Position numbers and translations under genes: made by a program. The notes below the pieces were generated by a model. That model searched no databases and was not told the origin of the DNA. It was given only the letters and a program-made list of their open reading frames with translations. This document shows, one piece after another, positions 1 to 11,800 of a DNA stretch of 64,000 bases; positions within the stretch are counted from its first letter, which is position 1; every line of letters begins with the position of its first letter. Location of the stretch: positions 1-64,000 of IMG/VR virus record IMGVR_UViG_3300020576_002722; one strand, given 5' to 3'. Origin of the DNA: a virus. Taxonomy: Duplodnaviria > Heunggongvirae > Uroviricota > Caudoviricetes.

Positions 1-3000
1 ACGGCCTTCACCAAGAAGATCGTCAAGAACATCGATGGTAATGAGGTGCCTGACGGGTACTTCAATCCGAAGGTGTCGGCGACCATGATGAAGTACATGA
101 GCGGAGAGAAGTATGGGTTCGGCATCTTGCCGTGGACCGGGTCTCTCGGACGAGCCCCGGTGGTCGAGCTTGCCCAGTCGTTCCAGTTCCCGAACAGGCG
201 CGACGTAAAGGGTGCCGCAGGTCAGTACGGACAAGAGAGTCTCGACTACTCCGATGACGCGTGCTATGCCGCAGACGTGAACAACGTTGTCGGGGAGACG
301 TTCGAGTGCATGACACAGGGATCCGTGGCAAAGGACCCTGATGGTGGCCCGATCAACTTCATTCCCAACTACGGATCGTACTCGCCGTGGCGTCCGAACG
401 ATGTACCCGGTTCGGCAGCCGATAGCTACGGCATCTCGCCAGTATTCACACGACTTCTGAGTGAGTCGGGAATTGCTCCTGCAAACATCCAGACGAATAC
501 GGGTGCCGCATTCGCTCCAACGTATCATTCGCTCGGCGTGCTCGTTGGGCCTGTGACGAACATACCCGAGTGGGTGAAGGCTATTACGGTTGTTCGTACC
601 GCTCCCGCTGAGACGGTAATCTGTGAGGGCGTAGGCGTGTACAACATTCGGAGCTTTGGGTTTGGAGGAGTAGCCGGAAAGGATAAGAACTCCCTGGTGT
701 GCAACTTCCCAGACATGGACAAGGGTATCGTTCCGCTGGCTACGCAGAACGACATCATACAGAATCCAGGACTGTACAAGGTAAGGTTCGTGTCGCCGCA
801 AGGGATATACACGGAGCCGTACGCGTTCTCCGGCGAACAGATCACCATCAATGAGCTTGGAGGGCACTCGGACGCACCGAGCAACACGACCGTTCCCTGG
901 CTCCAGCTCAACCTTGTATCGAGTGGGCTGACCGGAACGTCGGCCGCCTGGTGTCTCGACATGATCTCTTACGCCAGGGTAATGCACGACTCTGGTGATG
1001 TGAATGTTGGGGATACCGGTGTTCACGGGTTCCAGCCAGCATTCGGAGTTCCAGCGGCAGCGAACCAGACAGGGTATGCCGCATGGAGGAACAACGGAGC
1101 TACGTTGAATGGCATACCAACAGATGGGGATGACTACTCATTCTGGCTTCAGGGTGGAAACAACGGTAACACGTTGCTCGACATCGATTCATTCACACCG
1201 AGGACGAGCGAACAGCGCGGTCAGTCGTGGGTGCTGAAGACGGCGCAGGATATCTACTACAATAACGGTCAGATCACGGCCAACAGGACAGCGTTCACGG
1301 ATCCACTGGTAAAGAAGTTCCACCAGCCCGTGTACATGATCCAGCTGATCAAGACGGGTGCCGTAATTCATGACAGCAACACTCAGCCGTACATCAATAC
1401 CGGCGCAACGGTTCTGATGGATTCGTGCATCGGCATCTATAACGGTGTCGACACGCAGTTCGAGTTGATCGATGAAAGGTGGGAGGACTGCTCCAATTAT
1501 CTTCCATCCGACTTCAGGTACATCTACATTGTCGAGCCAGGTGGTGCGAAGAAGATCTACGTGGCACTCAACGGGAACGTGTACTTCACCTTCCCAGCCA
1601 ACCTGACGAACGCGCTGAACAACATAGCCGCCAACGGATTCTGGGTGGCCCCAGACGGAACACAGGTGAACGGATTCTATCAGACGTCGACGACTGGAGA
1701 CAGCCACTTCGTGAACATTGGAGTGTTCGGATTCCTTCCGGCTGTCGGATCCAGGATCAGTGTCCGGTACGATCCAGATGCCCCGATCCGTGCGTTCGGC
1801 GGCGACACCACGATCGCGCCATCGACGTTCGCGCCTATCGACAGGTATACGTCCAGGGATCTCGTGAACATCCTGGACGACGGAAATAAGGGGCTCGCGA
1901 TCGGTGGACTACCTCTGCCGTACGCTGGGTTCGGCATGAACCCAAACTACTTCATGCCAGAGAACGGATCACAGATCGAGGCGATACCTGTGGCCGACTG
2001 GGTGCCGGCGATCCGCCAGTGGGTGATCATGTCTGACTGCGAGACCAGACAGAACCAGGCGTTCGCTGTAACAGAGAACTCGACGACAGAGGCGCTTGAC
2101 AACGCGCAGACGTTCCCGGCCATCCACTACATCAACAGGTCGTTCCATGTAGACTCGACGTACACGACCGCCGTGCAGTACGGGTGGTACAACAACTACG
2201 ACAACGACTACCCCGGAGAGGTGGCGATATGGAGGCTCGGCGGACTCAGGTTCATACCGGAGATCAACTACGACTACCCTAAGAAGCAGGACCCGAACTA
2301 TGTTGGCATCCCGCAGAGCGGATACGTCGAGAGGACCGACTGGTGTACATCGATCGCCGCATCCAACAAGTTCGATCCGTCGCAGCAGGATGTCCCGAAC
2401 CTGAGGACGTTCACCTTCATCAATGTGAAGGATCTGTCTGAGGAGACCGGAGAGATCAAGGTGATCAAGAGTGGTCGTGGACCAGATGCGAACTACATCT
2501 ACGCGTGGACGCAGGATGGAGTGTGCAAGATCCCGACCGACAGGTCCGTGATCAGCAACGTGGACGGAACCGTTCTCGGGACACAGGTCGTTGACGGGTA
2601 CTGGGGCCAGGAGCAGTGGCTCACAAGGAACATCGGGCTTCCTGACGAGATGTGGAGGCTGTGGACGTTCGGGCCCACGCCACCTACATACCAGGACAGC
2701 TTCCTGTGGCCCAACCGGGAGGGATTCTTCATCATGACCGGAGACCAGATCAGGGACATAACCAGGAATCGCATCCTGTCGAGGGTGCGCCCGATCCTTT
2801 CGGTGTCGTCCATTGGCACCGGATACGATGAAAGGCTGGCGTCGGTGTACGATCCCAAGTACAACGAGGTGCTGTTCTCGATCAACCCCAAGGGTGACTC
2901 CGGGCAGTCTAGGACGGTCCTGGTGTACAACGCCCTGAATGGGGAGTGGACGGCCGAGTATACGTACCAGTTCGATGAGTATCTTTGCCACGATAGCAGT

Positions 3001-3396
3001 CTGCTGGGAATGAGGAACTTGACTACATACACGCTGGACGCCGGAACCACCATAGGTGGTAACCTGGTCACCGGGTACGTGGAGGTTCCGATGACCGACG
3101 GATCCGGCGACTACCAGGAGTTCTGTCGCTTCAAGGTGTACGGAGACAAGCCGCACGCCGTGGACATCCTGGACCAGAACGGCATCGTCATGTGCCACAT
3201 GGACCAGACCAACTACGGGATCAACTGGGTCAAGGACTACAACGGCTGGGAGAACTGGGTGGCCAGGTGTGACTTCAATTACGACGTGAACAACCGACTC
3301 GTCCAGGACAACCTGTTCTTCATGAGGATCTACTTCCGTGGAGGAAACAGGACCACGTTCAAGTTCGCTGCCGGTCAACTCAAAAAGATCAAGTGA
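1..3396 (+). CDS. large virion structural protein, 5'-truncated by the window edge (possibly a tail-tube/nozzle-type protein)
   Basis: Frame 1 is open from nt 1, and the track ORF 46..3396 only begins at an internal GTG. The product is over 1,116 aa. It heads a co-directional block followed by two mid-size proteins, a giant protein and a tail fibre, which matches the tail-tubular / internal-core / fibre order of T7-like podoviruses. The product call rests on position only. Confidence 0.55.
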   Translation, partial: TAFTKKIVKNIDGNEVPDGYFNPKVSATMMKYMSGEKYGFGILPWTGSLGRAPVVELAQSFQFPNRRDVKGAAGQYGQESLDYSDDACYAADVNNVVGETFECMTQGSVAKDPDGGPINFIPNYGSYSPWRPNDVPGSAADSYGISPVFTRLLSESGIAPANIQTNTGAAFAPTYHSLGVLVGPVTNIPEWVKAITVVRTAPAETVICEGVGVYNIRSFGFGGVAGKDKNSLVCNFPDMDKGIVPLATQNDIIQNPGLYKVRFVSPQGIYTEPYAFSGEQITINELGGHSDAPSNTTVPWLQLNLVSSGLTGTSAAWCLDMISYARVMHDSGDVNVGDTGVHGFQPAFGVPAAANQTGYAAWRNNGATLNGIPTDGDDYSFWLQGGNNGNTLLDIDSFTPRTSEQRGQSWVLKTAQDIYYNNGQITANRTAFTDPLVKKFHQPVYMIQLIKTGAVIHDSNTQPYINTGATVLMDSCIGIYNGVDTQFELIDERWEDCSNYLPSDFRYIYIVEPGGAKKIYVALNGNVYFTFPANLTNALNNIAANGFWVAPDGTQVNGFYQTSTTGDSHFVNIGVFGFLPAVGSRISVRYDPDAPIRAFGGDTTIAPSTFAPIDRYTSRDLVNILDDGNKGLAIGGLPLPYAGFGMNPNYFMPENGSQIEAIPVADWVPAIRQWVIMSDCETRQNQAFAVTENSTTEALDNAQTFPAIHYINRSFHVDSTYTTAVQYGWYNNYDNDYPGEVAIWRLGGLRFIPEINYDYPKKQDPNYVGIPQSGYVERTDWCTSIAASNKFDPSQQDVPNLRTFTFINVKDLSEETGEIKVIKSGRGPDANYIYAWTQDGVCKIPTDRSVISNVDGTVLGTQVVDGYWGQEQWLTRNIGLPDEMWRLWTFGPTPPTYQDSFLWPNREGFFIMTGDQIRDITRNRILSRVRPILSVSSIGTGYDERLASVYDPKYNEVLFSINPKGDSGQSRTVLVYNALNGEWTAEYTYQFDEYLCHDSSLLGMRNLTTYTLDAGTTIGGNLVTGYVEVPMTDGSGDYQEFCRFKVYGDKPHAVDILDQNGIVMCHMDQTNYGINWVKDYNGWENWVARCDFNYDVNNRLVQDNLFFMRIYFRGGNRTTFKFAAGQLKKIK

Positions 3397-3397
3397 T

Positions 3398-4159
3398 ATG
3401 GCATTCTCAGACCTTCTGATGCACTCGCTGCCGGCCGTAGGGCAGATCGCCGGCGGACCTGTTGGTGGTGCCGTCGGTACACTGGCCGCAGGAGTACTCG
3501 GGCAGTTCGCGGCTGACGGTCAGCAAAAGGCGGCCGACGCCGCTGTGAACGCCATCCCGATGTACGACCCGAAGCAGCTGTCGTACATGAACGACGTGCA
3601 GCGTACCGAGCGTGCGTTCCGTGCAGGCACCGATCCCAATACCACTAACGCTATCAGGCAGGCGGTTCAGGCTGGCGGCCAGGTAGGTGCCAACCTTGTT
3701 CGTGCCGGTGGTACGGACGTGTTCAGCAACCTCCTTCGTGGCCAGGCAGCTACGCAGCAGGCGATCGGAAGGTACTCTGCTGCCGCAGGCGCGGAGGCCA
3801 ACAACGTCATGAACATGCGTGGTCGTCTGGTGGACAACATGGCCGGGAGGGTCTACTCCCAGCAAAGGATGAGGGCCGACGATCTGATGGCTAAGGTTGC
3901 CAGGACGCGCCAAGACGCGAACAACAACATGCTCGCAGCGGTCCCACTTCTTCCGCAGGTTGGACTCAAGAAGAGCACTACTCCGTTTCAGGACATCTTC
4001 GGGCAGCCGGATGGTGCTCTTGGTGGGTCGTGGCGTTCTGAGGGAACCAATGGAGCGATCCCTTCTTCTCCGACAGAAGCAATACAATACCCAATGATCG
4101 ACGGATCGGTGCAATCACCCACATCCGGCTACGACATGGGGCAACAAGTGATAATCTGA
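3398..4159 (+). CDS. virion internal-protein-like protein (Gly/Ala-rich hydrophobic N-terminus)
   Basis: ATG (MAFSDLL...) lies 2 nt after the upstream stop. The N-terminus AVGQIAGGPVGGAVGTLAAGVLG looks membrane-active. The function is inferred from position. Confidence 0.6.
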   Translation: MAFSDLLMHSLPAVGQIAGGPVGGAVGTLAAGVLGQFAADGQQKAADAAVNAIPMYDPKQLSYMNDVQRTERAFRAGTDPNTTNAIRQAVQAGGQVGANLVRAGGTDVFSNLLRGQAATQQAIGRYSAAAGAEANNVMNMRGRLVDNMAGRVYSQQRMRADDLMAKVARTRQDANNNMLAAVPLLPQVGLKKSTTPFQDIFGQPDGALGGSWRSEGTNGAIPSSPTEAIQYPMIDGSVQSPTSGYDMGQQVII

Positions 4160-5823
4160 TGGCAACTGGAGGACCAGAGACACCGCTGGCTACTGGCCAG
4201 CCTGACATTGAGTCGGCCATCTCTGGTGCGGCGGCAACGTCAGTTGCGCCAACCCCAGAGGTTCCGGCGGCCGTAGATCCGTCCGCTGTTGATGCTGCCA
4301 ATGCGCAGGCGCAACAGGGTAGTGGCATCAGGCCGACACTCAAGGAGCCCACGATGCCGAACGCCCGTCTCGGCCCTCTGCGTCTCACCCAGGCGGACTT
4401 CTACGGGCAGCCGAACCCGGATACGATCCAGACCAGGACTGGCCCAACCACTGTGGCCAGCTTCGGTCAGGTGCCGCTCGCTATCTCCGGTATGCAGCTG
4501 GCCGAGATCCAGAAGCAGAGGGCCGAGACGCAGAAGGCCATCAAGGACTTCGACATCAACTCCGGAATCGGTAACGCCCCGAGCCCGTATCAGCGGAACT
4601 TCAAGAACCTGGCCATGACCGACATGGATACCTTCCTTCAGAAGGCGATCCAGCTGCACGGTGGCAACAAGGCAGAGGCCGTGAAGGAGCTGATGGACCC
4701 GACCAGCGAACTGAACGCTGCATGGCGGAAGAGGTCTACCCAATGGGAGGCCATCGGCCAGCAGGCGCAGTTCAAGTTCAAGCAGGCCAGCGACCTGTTG
4801 GATGCGGCCAAGACCGGAAAGATCCAGGTATCCCCGGATGCGATGAAGGTGGCCCAGGAGGCGCTCAATGGTATCGGTGAGTTCGGCGGCCCCAAAGGAG
4901 GCGACGTCATGGAGCTGACAGATACGCTGAAGCGCTTCGATCAGATCATGTCCCGCGAGGCGTACATCCAGGACTTCGCAATTCCCGGAATTGAAGCCCA
5001 CATGGCCGAGAAAGGAATCGCGCCCAAGACCACGCGCAACAAGTACGGCCAGCTGATCACTACCTACGGAAAGGAGAAAGACCTGTCTTTGTTCAGGGAG
5101 CAGGCAGCGAAAGACATGGCGTGGCGCGGCATCGGAGAGGGGAACACGATGGAGGAGCGCATCAAGAACAACAAGAAGGCTCTCGATGCTGCTCTTCCGA
5201 GCGACCAAGAGGTTCAGATCGCGATCACCAACCCTCACGCACCGTCCAGTTCCTCTTCGTCCGCAGACGTAAGGCCGAAGCCGGCCATCAGCACAGGCAT
5301 GTCTCCTGCGTCCAGGTACGACCTTGGCAATACAGGATCGGCTGGACAGGGTGTTCCGTCGACGATGGTTCCAACGCTATCCTTCTCAGAGAAGGTCGGC
5401 GACAAGATGGTCCCTATGGCCCCTCGTGAGTTTGACGGACCAAGTGGCCAGGTCAAGATACAGGCACCCGAGTTCAAGTACATCAGTGGCCACTGGCGGA
5501 TCGTTGGACGCGGTACCGGTACCACCAACGAGGCCAGGGACGTTGTTGGCGCAGCACCGACAAGGGGTTCCATCAGTAGCGCTAAGGGCCGGTCGAACGG
5601 CTCGACCGAGTACGAGGTTACCAAGCAGCGCGAGGGACGAATGGAGTTCCTCGACTACGAAAAGAACATACCCAGGGTAAAGAGTTACTTTGGCGAGGAT
5701 TTCGATATCTGGAATGTCGTCAAGGAGAAGGCGCAACAGAAGGGCCAGGCATGGGATCAGGCCGCATTCGATGCGCTTCCTAACGGTACCCGCCAGAAGG
5801 TAATGGACTACCTGTTCCAATGA
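4159..5823 (+). CDS. hypothetical virion protein (554 aa)
   Basis: Long ORF. Its start overlaps the upstream stop (TGATG) and its stop overlaps the next start (ATGA). I did not recognise any motif. Confidence 0.7.
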   Translation: MATGGPETPLATGQPDIESAISGAAATSVAPTPEVPAAVDPSAVDAANAQAQQGSGIRPTLKEPTMPNARLGPLRLTQADFYGQPNPDTIQTRTGPTTVASFGQVPLAISGMQLAEIQKQRAETQKAIKDFDINSGIGNAPSPYQRNFKNLAMTDMDTFLQKAIQLHGGNKAEAVKELMDPTSELNAAWRKRSTQWEAIGQQAQFKFKQASDLLDAAKTGKIQVSPDAMKVAQEALNGIGEFGGPKGGDVMELTDTLKRFDQIMSREAYIQDFAIPGIEAHMAEKGIAPKTTRNKYGQLITTYGKEKDLSLFREQAAKDMAWRGIGEGNTMEERIKNNKKALDAALPSDQEVQIAITNPHAPSSSSSSADVRPKPAISTGMSPASRYDLGNTGSAGQGVPSTMVPTLSFSEKVGDKMVPMAPREFDGPSGQVKIQAPEFKYISGHWRIVGRGTGTTNEARDVVGAAPTRGSISSAKGRSNGSTEYEVTKQREGRMEFLDYEKNIPRVKSYFGEDFDIWNVVKEKAQQKGQAWDQAAFDALPNGTRQKVMDYLFQ

Positions 5824-8800
5824 GCACACAGACACCTCCAACATTCGCCGACCTGGTAAAGGCGGCGACATCTTCCGATGCGCCACAGGTTCCGCCTGCC
5901 GGCAACCCTGCGTCGTCCGGATCTTTCGATGACCTGGTAAAGGCTGCCACCTCCCCAAAGGAGTCGACCCAGTCTCCCGAGAAAGCTCCGGTAGTCGGGG
6001 CGGAGGCTGGGCTTACTGGATCGGGTACGCGGTCGGATCTGCCAGCGCAGCGGCCGCCAGGTATGCCCGAACTTGTGCGGCCGGATATGCCGCAGGCAAG
6101 CACGCCCGAGCAAGACGCGGCGCTTGATAACATCGGAGGTCCGCCGCAGGAAGGCCAGCAGATCGGAGGTGTATCGCTTATCCAGCAGCCAAAACGCGGG
6201 ATGCGAATGACGCTCCCTACGTACACGATAGGCCAAGACCTGAAGGTGCGAGAAGTGCGTAAGCCATCAATGGCCGAGGACTCATTTGTCCGCACACAGC
6301 AGCGGGAGAGTGAGCGCGCAAAGGAGGCGATGGCCAAAGAACAGGCGGCGAGTGAATGGCGCAGGCAGCTTGATCCGACCAAGGAGGATGACCCGCAGGT
6401 GCGCGATCGCATCATGGGCGAGAAGCAGGCCCTTGATGAGCAGCTATCGCTTGCCAACCAGTATGATCCGGTCGCCCCTGATCAGCGGGGAGTCTTTGCC
6501 GGGTATTTTGAGCAGCCACAGCCGCACGATATGGGGGGCTATGTCTTTGACCAGCGGGACGACAAGATCCTGAAGGATTACGTGCAGCACTTGCAAATGC
6601 ACGGAGATGGCCAATACAAGACCTCGACGACACTCGGTGCATTGCAGGCCGGAAGAGAATCGGCCATCGACCGCTTTGCGGATTACTACAAAGACGCACT
6701 TCAGACCCAGACGGATGCGCTCAACGGCCGCGTGACGCGATTGTACCAGATGCGCGAGCGGGGTGCCGACCCACAAATGCTTCAGCAGGAGGCTGCCGAC
6801 ATTGAGGCCGGATACGAGTTCGTGCAGGCGCGCATGGACGACTGGGTGAAGAATGCGCCGAAGAGCGAAGTGCGCAAGGCTATTGAGCAGCGGCAGAAGG
6901 AGACGAATGAGGAGTATGACCGCATCAAGGATGACTGGTTCACGCCATTGTATGCCACAAAGAAGGGATTGCATGCGGCGCAGCTTGGATGGAATGAGAT
7001 GCTCTTCGGGTCGGCGGCAGGCATAGCTCGCGCCTTCGGAGACAAGGAGAACTACGATTGGTCGGATGACGTGTCCGACTACGTGGATCGCGCCACCAAG
7101 ATGAACGAATCGGCGCTGCCTACCGAATGGCAACAACCGTTTTCGCGAACGGTGAAGAGCCCGATCAGCGGTAAGGAGACGACCAAATACAACATCTTGC
7201 CGAGCCTGATTCGTGGCGGCGGCGGCATGGCCGCACTGATGGCTACGGGCAATCTTGCGGCGGCTGGTGGTCGTGCGCTCGGTATGGCACTGGGACGCGG
7301 AGTAGTCGGGGCTGCCGGAGGTGGCGCGAACGTAGCGCTATCCGAAGCCACCATGACGGGAGTGGGCCGAGCGTCCGCCCTGGCAGGAGAGCTTCCTGGA
7401 TATGGACAGAATGCAGGCTTCACCGCAGGCATGTTCTTTCCGGAATACGAGAGCTATGTGCGACAGGCAATGGATGGTGGCGTACCCGAGAAACTCGCCT
7501 CGGATGCTGGCCTGTTCTATGCCCTTGGATCCGCGTACATCGAACGCCTGAACCCACAGTTGTATGTAGGCGGAAAAAAGGCATTCCGCACCGCATTTAC
7601 GCAGGCTATCAGGGATGGGAAAGGTCCGAAGGCCGCGCTCGGTGATGGGCTGCGGCAAATCGGGATACAGGGCGGGAAGGAGGGAACTGAGGAGTTGATG
7701 CAAGGTGAGTTGATGCGCAAGACGAACCTTGCCGTGAATATGCTGACGGGGGCGGACCTCGAATCAGCGACCACACTTCGCGAGAAGATGAACGAGTTCG
7801 GTACCGGTGCCATCCTCGGCAGCATCGCCGCACTACCCAGCAATGGCGTTGCGCGACAGAAGCGCACGTTGGCGGAGAAGGAATCGCTCGCCTTTGCTGC
7901 GGAGTATCCCGAGTTCGCCGCTGAAGTCATCCGCAGGGACGTTCCTGAGGCGCAGCAGAAGGAGTTCCTCGACAAGCTGGAGAAGCTGAATAAGCTGTAC
8001 GTTGGCAATGGACTGACGGACCTTCCTGTCGATAATGCCGATCGCGTTGCTCAGGCGCTTGCCAAGAAGAAGGATCTACAGGAGCAGATCAAGAAGGCTC
8101 CTATCGCTGATGCGCTGCGTTCAGCCAAGGGTGACCCAAGGGAGGTTGAGGTCAACAAGTTGAATGTTGATGTGCTCCGTGAAATGAATGTTCCAGAGGA
8201 TGACATCGCACTGGTCTTGGCGAGCGAAGGTGTGATAAACCTTCCTGACGGAGCCAAGGTCACAAAGGGTGCTGACGGCAAGCTGACCCTTGACATAAAG
8301 GAGCCCAAGGAGGGAGAGCCGGCCGTCAGTAAGGAGGACGTTCTGTCGGGCCTGGTGAAGCAGGTTCATGGTATCGCTGGAGAGAGGACGACTGCTGCCG
8401 CCAAAGAAGCCAAGAAAGCTCCTGACAAAGATCCTGACGAAGAGGTAGAGATCGCACCGGTTGGTGACGCCACTGATCTGGATGCCGCGCTAGCATCGGT
8501 TACCCCAGGAATGAACAAGGCCCTTGACTCCGAAGTGGAGGCCGCAGCCAAGTCGCTATCCGGGGTTGGCGTCAAGGTTGTTGTGCATGATGACATCAAG
8601 TCATTCGCTTCTGCATTCGAGCAGGCCGGCGGATCGAAGTCGGTCGACCACCTGAACCACGAGGGATTCTACGATCGAGGTGGCCGTACTATCCACATCA
8701 ATCGCACCAATAACAGGTCTGGACTTGCCGCTCACGAGGGTGTTCACGCCCTGTTCATGGGCGCACTGTCGGATGTTGCTAACGGCAGGCAGATCATTGC

Positions 8801-11800
8801 GGAGGCCGCCAGGCAGGTAATGAACGAGTCGCCAGAAACGAGGTCATCTATTGCCAGGTTCCTTGAGTCGTACGGTGGGGCCATTCGTAAAGAGGATGGA
8901 TCGATCGATATCGAGGCTACCGTAGCGGACCCGAAACTGGCGCACGAGATATACGCAGAGTTCGTTTCCAGCGTGGCCAATGGTACCATCAAGCTGAACG
9001 GTGGACTTCGCACCTGGCTCAAGGACATGTACAACAAGATCATGGCCACGCTCGGTGTGTCCATGAAGTTCGACCCGAAGAGCGACGACGACTACATCAA
9101 GCTGGCTGCTGATCTTGCGAGCGCCATGAAGACCGGTCGCGTGATCAGGGCTGCGGAGAATGTTGCGGAGAATACAGCACCGGCACTCAGCGTACGTCGT
9201 GCATCAGACCTCGCCCAGCAACTAAACATCGCATCCACCGGGGCCGAGAAGGAGTTCTTCGGGAAGACGTGGCCTGGCTTGCTCAGGCAAGTAGGCAATG
9301 TATTCAAGCCTACCAAGGCTGGGTTTGAGGCTGCTGCCGATCTGGCCGTGAAGGACGTTGAAGAGTTCACCAGGGAGAATCCGAAGTACCAGGACTTCTA
9401 CAACAAGGATTGGGCACTTGCTGTGGCTATGCTCAATGATGCGTTCCCGATAACCAAGGAGCAGCCTGATCTGGTTCTTGCGTTCAGGGCTATGTCCGGA
9501 CTTACGAGTCCACAGACGTCACTTGGCCAGAATATGGTTGAAGCTGTATCTGCATTCGATCACTGGCTGAATAACGGAAGCTTCGATGCTGTAAAAGTAG
9601 TACCAACAGAGAAGGGTAATTTCTCACTCAAGAAATCACCGTTCAGTCTTGGTGGAAAGACAGCAACGAACAAGGCCAGGTCCCTCAAGGGTCTCGGCAA
9701 GCTGATAGATGAGAACGGAGTTGGAAAGGCTATTGAGATACTGAAGGAGCCTGTGTCCGCAAAGGAACTCAATGAGTTCAACGGGAGCCTTGGGTACAAG
9801 AGCGCTGTCGGAGGCATGAAGGCCGTGAAGAACGTGGTCTTGTCTGCTACTGGGCAGAGCGATAAGGTGCCAAGGATGTTCGTGTTCGGACCAAAGCTCG
9901 GTGCCTACACACTGAACTCGCTTGGTGATGGAAGGTTTACGACTATCGACATCTGGGAGAGCAGGTTTATTCGTTCATACTTCCCGAGGATGTTCGCGAG
10001 CGCCGGAGGAAAGATCCTTAACAACAGCACTGATAGCGATATCTTTACCGAGTTCATAGAACAATTCGCAAAGGCTTTCAGGGAAAGGAACGGATTTGAC
10101 CTTGACCCGTCGGCGTATCAAGCGATGCGCTGGTACACTATGATCGACGCTGCCCAGAAGGCAGGGTACACAAAAGCACTCACAGATGGAACAGTCTCAG
10201 ACTACACAGCAGAGGCCCTCGGAAGGGTTAAAGGACACGTTGTTCCTGGATATGCTGGCCGAGGTGGCTTCGACAGCTATCAAAGCAATGATCCAGAAGC
10301 AGAAAACTATGTACCATTCAGTATCCGCCGAGGATCTCCCGGTGGCGACACAGGAGGGAGGGCCGAGCCAGGAAAGAACCTGATACCTAAGGATATCAGG
10401 AAAAACCTCACCAGCGATGGCGACGGTAGCTACTTGTTCTACCATTACGGTGAAGACCTGAATGGCGGACGCATCAATCCAAAGTATGCTGGAACCGGGG
10501 CTGATAAAGGTACCAGGAACGAAGGAAGGAACAACAATGTATCCATGTACTACACGAAGCCTGACGAGCGGGAGTCGATGGTATCTGGAGATGTTCACGT
10601 TGTCAAGGTTCCCGAATACAAGGTGTATCCGTTCAATACCGATCCACTTGGCCTGTACGACAAGGCAGAGAGGATGTTCAGGAAGGACTACGGAGACTAC
10701 ATCGACTTCAGCCCCGTGAAGCAGGCTGACTACATGGGCCCGCTGGCTGCGAAGGCCGGATTCGACATGATGGTGGCCCAGTGGTCAAAGTTCCCGTTGC
10801 GCGGTGAGACGACCAAGGCGCTCAAGTGGGATCGCGAAGCTACCGACAAGGCGCGTGATCCAGCGTTGTCCACCGGATCACAGAAGTTCAACGACATCGC
10901 CCGCGCACTGATCGCTGCCGGCCACAACACCAAGGCCAAGGCCAAGGCGTATCTGAAATCGAAGGGGCAGGACGGGATCATTGATGCTGTCATCGAAGAG
11001 ATGGGGCGCATCCTTGAGGCGCAGCGCGAGATCCGCAAACGCAATGCGGCCGACAATAAACTGTCTGGAGAAACGACCACTCCGTTGCAGAAGCAGATCA
11101 TCGACGACTCTGGACCCGGACAGAACAGGTCTATGATCACTGTCGATGAGCGTATGCTGCTGAAGGACCGCATCAAGCGTGAGGCGCAGCTCGCTGCACA
11201 GTCAGCCCGCAAGGCAGCGACGGCCGCTCGCAATGCAGCCGACCTGGCGCAGACGCACACCGATCAAGGGTACAGGCAGGGCCTCGCCGAGGGTCAGCTT
11301 GCCGGCGAGATATCGGGCAAGGCTCAGGGTCGCAAGGAGGGTGCCCGTGAGGGAGCGGCAGAGGCCGCCCGTCAGCGTGACCTGTTCGTGAAGAGCGTAC
11401 GCGCCCATCTATCGGAGCTTGGCACCAAGTTTACGGAGGCCAAGACGAAGGCCATCATGACCAGGGCCGTGTCGGTGAACCCGACAAACAGGAACCAGGT
11501 CGAAAGATTCTTGGCCTATCTGGATGCGAAGATCGACGAGGCCAACGAGGCGGCACTCGGCAGCGCCGTGGACAGGATCATCGAGCTGACCAACCCGTCA
11601 CGGTACAAGCAGACCAACGAGTCTGGCATCCTGAAGGGGAAGATCGATGACCGCGTTCGCAAGCTGCTCGGGGTGATCCACTCGGCAGTCAAGGGAATGA
11701 CGCTCGAAGAGGTGTCCGACAAGATCGACGCCATCGACGCAGCGCTTTTCTCTCCAGACGCTGATGTGGCCCTTCTGGAGGACCAGCTGGAGGCGTATCG